Assembly (NCBI GenBank): GCA_024434115.1
Contig: QMIT01000004.1
Coordinates: forward strand, 106,632-170,631
Length of the DNA: 64,000 bases
Origin: Chloroflexota bacterium
GTDB lineage: Bacteria > Chloroflexota > Anaerolineae > Aggregatilineales > J027
Direction: 5' to 3'
Shown here: piece after piece, positions 59,897 through 64,000 of the stretch
Layout: every line of letters begins with the position of its first letter
Numbering within the stretch: the first letter of the stretch is position 1
Translations under genes and position numbers: made by a program
Notes under the pieces: model-generated
What the model saw: the letters and a program-made list of their open reading frames with translations, nothing else
Told to the model about the DNA's origin: nothing
Databases searched by the model: none

Positions 59897-59993
59897 TGGG
59901 CGTAGGTTATATTTGGCCGTTAACATCACGAAAATGTGCTAGGGTCGCTCCCCCTAATTTCTAGGATTCTTCTAACGTCCATCGAACGATATT

Positions 59994-61130
59994 ATGTTAG
60001 GATACAAGAATAGAATCAAGCACTCTCTGAGAGGCATGATGGGTCAAGGGTCAGTTCACAACATTGCCATATTTGTTTTGGGGTCTTTCTTCAGCGAAGG
60101 ACGGGCGTTTACACAAAATATAACATTAAAAGAGTTGGAATATTTTAAAGGCAAAGATTCGACTTACTCCATGTCTAGTCTGCCAATTGATGAAACTTGT
60201 ACCCTCTATTTCTTAAACCCTCCGGAAAACAAAGGATTCTTTTATACAGATATTGGGGTGCTTCGGTCAGAATTCAATGTTTCCTCGATTGGTTATATTG
60301 TGATGGTAGATTTTTCTAAGCCGCAAATCTTTAGGATAGTACAAAGTCTTTGGTATACTGCGAAAGCATACTGGGATGCAGTTATCGTTTTAGCGGATAC
60401 CCGAAATAAATTTGGTAAGACCACGCAAGATCAATCTATCGAAGAAATGTACCAGCATGTATTGGGGGCCAAATGGGGTGCATCCACTTATCCTTGCGAC
60501 GTAAAACAACAACGATACAAAGCGTTAGAGGTGGTATCTCATTTACTTGATTTGATGCCGGATCAGCCCAATATCGAGGCTATACAAAAAAAGTTACGCA
60601 TCGAAATTGAGGCCGGAAGCCAAGAACGCGCGGTTCAAATCTTGTTGGTAGAGCCTTATTACCCTAGCGAGGCGAGAGTTCAAGTCGAAGATAAGGAACA
60701 ACCATTTCAATTGCCAGAGCGTATTGAAATTGAAGCGGGTTATGCAATCGAGTTTCATAAAGTGCCGAAAGATAAATGGCTCAAGTTTGAATGGATGGAA
60801 ACCTTTCATCTACAATATCCGAATTCCTTACTGGGGTGTATTGTTTTGCTGACTCCCCTCCTATCCATGACATCTCCTAAGGTTACGGAGATTGTAAGGC
60901 ATTTCGAGTCTTTCTCACCATACCCTTGTGTTTTTATGGGATACTTAGAAGATGGTTACTCCTTTAATAGACAAATTGAAAGACTCACGAGATTAAGCCA
61001 AGCCGATGATGAGGTTGTTTTAATAGGAGACATCCATAAACCAGAAGATGCTAAACGAGCCGTCAAAAGGCTAATGGATGCATTCCTGAAAGACGAGTTG
61101 GCAAGTTCTATAAAAGCAAAGTTGGCATGA
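59994..61130 (+). CDS. Protein with two tandem degenerate MglA/CvnD-like small-GTPase domains
   Basis: Both halves align by eye with the G-domain pattern (LG.IVMVD...P..F....I...F....P.P.V) but lack GKT. AT-rich DNA. Start may be ATG 60036 or 60039. Confidence 0.6.
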   Translation: MLGYKNRIKHSLRGMMGQGSVHNIAIFVLGSFFSEGRAFTQNITLKELEYFKGKDSTYSMSSLPIDETCTLYFLNPPENKGFFYTDIGVLRSEFNVSSIGYIVMVDFSKPQIFRIVQSLWYTAKAYWDAVIVLADTRNKFGKTTQDQSIEEMYQHVLGAKWGASTYPCDVKQQRYKALEVVSHLLDLMPDQPNIEAIQKKLRIEIEAGSQERAVQILLVEPYYPSEARVQVEDKEQPFQLPERIEIEAGYAIEFHKVPKDKWLKFEWMETFHLQYPNSLLGCIVLLTPLLSMTSPKVTEIVRHFESFSPYPCVFMGYLEDGYSFNRQIERLTRLSQADDEVVLIGDIHKPEDAKRAVKRLMDAFLKDELASSIKAKLA

Positions 61131-61137
61131 GGGCATA

Positions 61138-61368
61138 TTGTTGGATATTGACGGCTTCCCCATCGGCTTTTTTCTTTTTTTGGCCCTCGCGGTATTCGGG
61201 CTGTGTATTGGCGTGAGTTTATTGATTATGGCCCGGATTTCGGATGACAAAGAAACCAGTGTACTTAAACAAGTTTGGCAAACTTTTTTTGGCAAGCCCA
61301 CTCCCCCACATGAGATACATAAGACACCAGAGACGCCAGATGATTTAGGGAAACACGATCAGGAATAG
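61138..61368 (+). CDS. Small single-TM protein
   Basis: One hydrophobic helix and a charged tail; GAGG upstream; fills the gap between its neighbours. Confidence 0.55.
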   Translation: MLDIDGFPIGFFLFLALAVFGLCIGVSLLIMARISDDKETSVLKQVWQTFFGKPTPPHEIHKTPETPDDLGKHDQE

Positions 61369-61398
61369 GGTAAGGGTTCTAACAAAGGTGGTATTGGG

Positions 61399-62517
61399 AT
61401 GACATCTTCTTCGATACGGTTAGGGAAATTTCTGGGGATTGAAGTTGGCTTGAACTATAGCCTCTTGCTGATTGCCGCGTTGGTCACATTCCAGATTTCC
61501 AGTCTCGTTTTGCCCAATGAAGCCCCCGGCTACAGCGAAGTGTTCTATTGGGCAATCGGGATGGCAACGGCGGTGGTCTTTTTCCTTTCTATCCTTTGGC
61601 ATGAATTCGCCCACGCGCTGATGGCCCGATTTTTTAAGGTGCGTGTCCGTCGGATTGTACTGTTTTTTATGGGTGGGGTCGCAGAAATTGAGGACGAACC
61701 ACGCACACCGGCACAGGAATTTTGGATTGCGCTGGTTGGGCCATTAAGCAGTCTGTTTTTGGGGGTTGTCTTTATCATCCTCTATCTGCCTTTAGGTCAT
61801 CATGATATTTATGGTGAGGTGTTTTTCTGGTTGGGTGAGATCAATATCGTGCTGGCGGTTTTTAACATGATTCCGGCTTTCCCATTGGATGGAGGGCGAG
61901 TATTCCGGGCCATTTTCTGGTTCTTCAGCCGGAACTATCTACGCGCCACCCGCTTGGCAAGCTATCTGAGTCAGGGGATCGCTTATCTCGCCATTCTCAG
62001 CGGTTTGCTTTCAATGTTTACAGGGCGAGTCTTGATGGGCAGCGGCTTGTGGGGCATCCTATTGGGCTGGTTTTTGTTAGGGGCAGCCAAGAGCCATTTA
62101 CAGACCGCCCAAGTACGGGAAAGCCTGCGTGGGATCCCATTGGGGCGTTTGGTGCGACAGGGGCAGCCGCTCAACCCGGATTGGCCGCTGGCGTATGCGA
62201 TTGACCGGATGGCAATTGGTGGCTCGGCTACTTCTTCCCCGGTAATTCGGGATGGGCACACGATAGGCTATCTGTCACTGGATGTCCTACGACGTATTCC
62301 CCGGATTGGCTGGGGCGGGGTGCGGGTTGAAAATGTGATGACACCGATTAACACCGTGCGGTCAGTGGATGCCTATCAAGATTTGTATGACACCCTGCGG
62401 AATGAGGATTTGCAGCGCGAACCATATTTGCTCATCACCGCCAATCAACAGCCGATTGGGTTACTGTCGCAGCGGGAATTGATCGCATTCGCCGAACAGC
62501 AGGCACGGGGGATTTAA
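61399..62517 (+). CDS. Site-2 protease (M50) with C-terminal CBS-like pair
   Basis: [32 protein letters not shown]. Confidence 0.92.
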   Translation: MTSSSIRLGKFLGIEVGLNYSLLLIAALVTFQISSLVLPNEAPGYSEVFYWAIGMATAVVFFLSILWHEFAHALMARFFKVRVRRIVLFFMGGVAEIEDEPRTPAQEFWIALVGPLSSLFLGVVFIILYLPLGHHDIYGEVFFWLGEINIVLAVFNMIPAFPLDGGRVFRAIFWFFSRNYLRATRLASYLSQGIAYLAILSGLLSMFTGRVLMGSGLWGILLGWFLLGAAKSHLQTAQVRESLRGIPLGRLVRQGQPLNPDWPLAYAIDRMAIGGSATSSPVIRDGHTIGYLSLDVLRRIPRIGWGGVRVENVMTPINTVRSVDAYQDLYDTLRNEDLQREPYLLITANQQPIGLLSQRELIAFAEQQARGI

Positions 62518-62566
62518 GTCTGTGGTCGAAATTCCTCAGCGAACAAATAGACTTATACTCTTTCAT

Positions 62567-62677
62567 GGCTAAATCTGGTTAACCATCCCCACCCCAAACC
62601 CCTCCCCACTGCGTGGAGAGGGGCTTAAACAGGGCGTTTTACTTGGCGGAGGTGAGGATTTAATACCAAGTTTGGCT
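62567..62677. repeat. REP/MITE-like nested-hairpin element
   Basis: Core CCCCACCCCAAACCCCTCCCCAC-TGC-GTGGAGAGGGG enclosed by two imperfect inverted repeats. Single copy in this window. Confidence 0.55.
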
Positions 62678-62710
62678 TAACAACCAGTGGGAAGTCTAAA
62701 ATTTTTGGCG

Positions 62711-62747
62711 CAGACCGGACACAGGTTGTTTTCCCGGTCTGTTTTTT
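62711..62747 (+). terminator. Rho-independent terminator, possibly conditional
   Basis: CAGACCGG/CCGGTCTG stem followed by TTTTTT. Confidence 0.7.
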
Positions 62748-62798
62748 GTATAGTTCAAGTCTCAATTGAAAATTGAAAGAATAGTGGGCAAGTCCCTT

Positions 62799-64000
62799 AT
62801 GCAATTTTCACGGAAAGTCAGAGTCCTGCTGGCGATTCTGGCAGTGATAGTTCTAGTATCAGGTGCGTTGGCGGGGTATGCCACTTATTCCTTTTACTTT
62901 AGCCCCATCCCCAAAACCGACGGCTCCCTTCGGGTTGCTGGATTACAGAGTGAAGTCGTTATCTACCGCGACAATTGGGCAGTGCCGCATATTTATGCCG
63001 ATAACCCCCATGACCTATTTTTTGCACAAGGGTATGTTCATGCCCAAGACCGCTGGTGGCAGATGGAAATCAGCCGCTATTTGGGTATGGGGCGACTCAG
63101 TGAACTGGTCGGGGTCAATGAAACGATCCAAAATGCAGACTGGGCGATTCGAACACTGGGGTGGTACGACGCGGCTCAACGTGATTTGGAGACCACCTCC
63201 CCCGAAACACGGGTCATTCTTGAGGCCTACAGCGCCGGGGTCAATGCTTATATCCATGACCAAGGCCCCAAAGACCTTGCGACTGAATACAGCCTGTTAG
63301 GGTTGGATGCCGTGCTGGGGATTTTAGGCGGCGATTTTGAATTGGAAACATGGCAACCGATAGATTCACTGCTGTGGTTCAAAATGATGGCGTGGGAACA
63401 AGATGCCAGCCTATGGTCGGAAATTGAACAGGCCGAACTTTCGCGCAAACTTGAACCCGACCTGCTTGAAAGTTATAACGGGGGGTATCCCTACAATTTA
63501 CACCCGACGGTGTTTAATACTGCCGAATTGGGCTTGACACCCGCTAACTCACCCTCGCCGACTAAGCCGCCCATTTTGCCCGATGAGACAACGTTTGAAG
63601 GGCCGATGGGGGCACTCGATATGCCGCTGGTGGGAGGGCTATCGCCTGAATTGATGACCATTCTCGGCTTCACAACTAGCCCCGCATCGAGTGCTTGGGT
63701 CATTCAAGGGGCACACACCGAAAGCGGCTATCCCCTCATCGCCAATGATTGGCAACAAGCACCGGAAATCCCATCGGCGTGGTTTGAAATGGGCCTGCAC
63801 TGCATCGCGTTTAGCTCCGAATGCCCCTATAACATGGTCGGTTTTACCAGCGCAGGGGTACCGGGGGTATTGATTGGGCATAACGATCAAATCGCGTGGG
63901 GCATGTCGAGCTTGGGGGCGGATACACAAGACCTCTATTTGCTACGCTTGAACCCTGAAGACCCCACCCAATATGAATTTGAGGGCGAATGGACCCCGCT
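62799..64000 (+). CDS. Penicillin acylase family Ntn-hydrolase, 3'-truncated by the window edge (not in the ORF track)
   Basis: Translated by hand and open to the window end: N-terminal TM/signal, RDNWAVPHIYA..DLFFAQGYVHAQDRWWQME..GRLSELVG, beta-chain start SSAWVI..SG.PLIAND, IGHNDQIAWG. Confidence 0.92.
   Translation, partial: MQFSRKVRVLLAILAVIVLVSGALAGYATYSFYFSPIPKTDGSLRVAGLQSEVVIYRDNWAVPHIYADNPHDLFFAQGYVHAQDRWWQMEISRYLGMGRLSELVGVNETIQNADWAIRTLGWYDAAQRDLETTSPETRVILEAYSAGVNAYIHDQGPKDLATEYSLLGLDAVLGILGGDFELETWQPIDSLLWFKMMAWEQDASLWSEIEQAELSRKLEPDLLESYNGGYPYNLHPTVFNTAELGLTPANSPSPTKPPILPDETTFEGPMGALDMPLVGGLSPELMTILGFTTSPASSAWVIQGAHTESGYPLIANDWQQAPEIPSAWFEMGLHCIAFSSECPYNMVGFTSAGVPGVLIGHNDQIAWGMSSLGADTQDLYLLRLNPEDPTQYEFEGEWTP

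Noticed and set aside
62863-63929. Several short ORFs listed in the track at the window end
   Set aside because: Explained by the penicillin acylase frame starting at 62799, which runs off the window.

Overview
A gene-dense bacterial chromosomal segment. Gene content (DUF2298/YYY and TIGR03663 membrane proteins, Pro/Thr-rich secreted proteins, TGnTATAAT promoters) points to Chloroflexota, probably Anaerolineae; this is inference. Bases 220-27165 form an uninterrupted + strand cluster of six large GT-C-type membrane glycosyltransferase genes (one a 2372-aa double-module fusion), a flippase-like protein, a GT4, a SAM methyltransferase and an embedded ECF sigma/anti-sigma pair. The rest is mostly housekeeping: glgP, glgC, glgA, acs, thiolase, rnhB, xth, menA, a GH3, a site-2 protease, a partial penicillin acylase absent from the ORF track, transporters and tRNA-Gln(CTG). 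The most unusual items are: a tandem double pseudo-GTPase behind a structured intergenic region with a LexA-like box; a coupled four-gene operon ending in a TIR-2TM-FHA protein with degenerate motifs; an orphan histidine kinase with Asp at the H-box His position; an antiporter/PII-like pair; and a possible attenuator before the acylase. No CRISPR array, rRNA, transposase or integrase was seen. All family assignments come from motif recognition by eye, without database searches.
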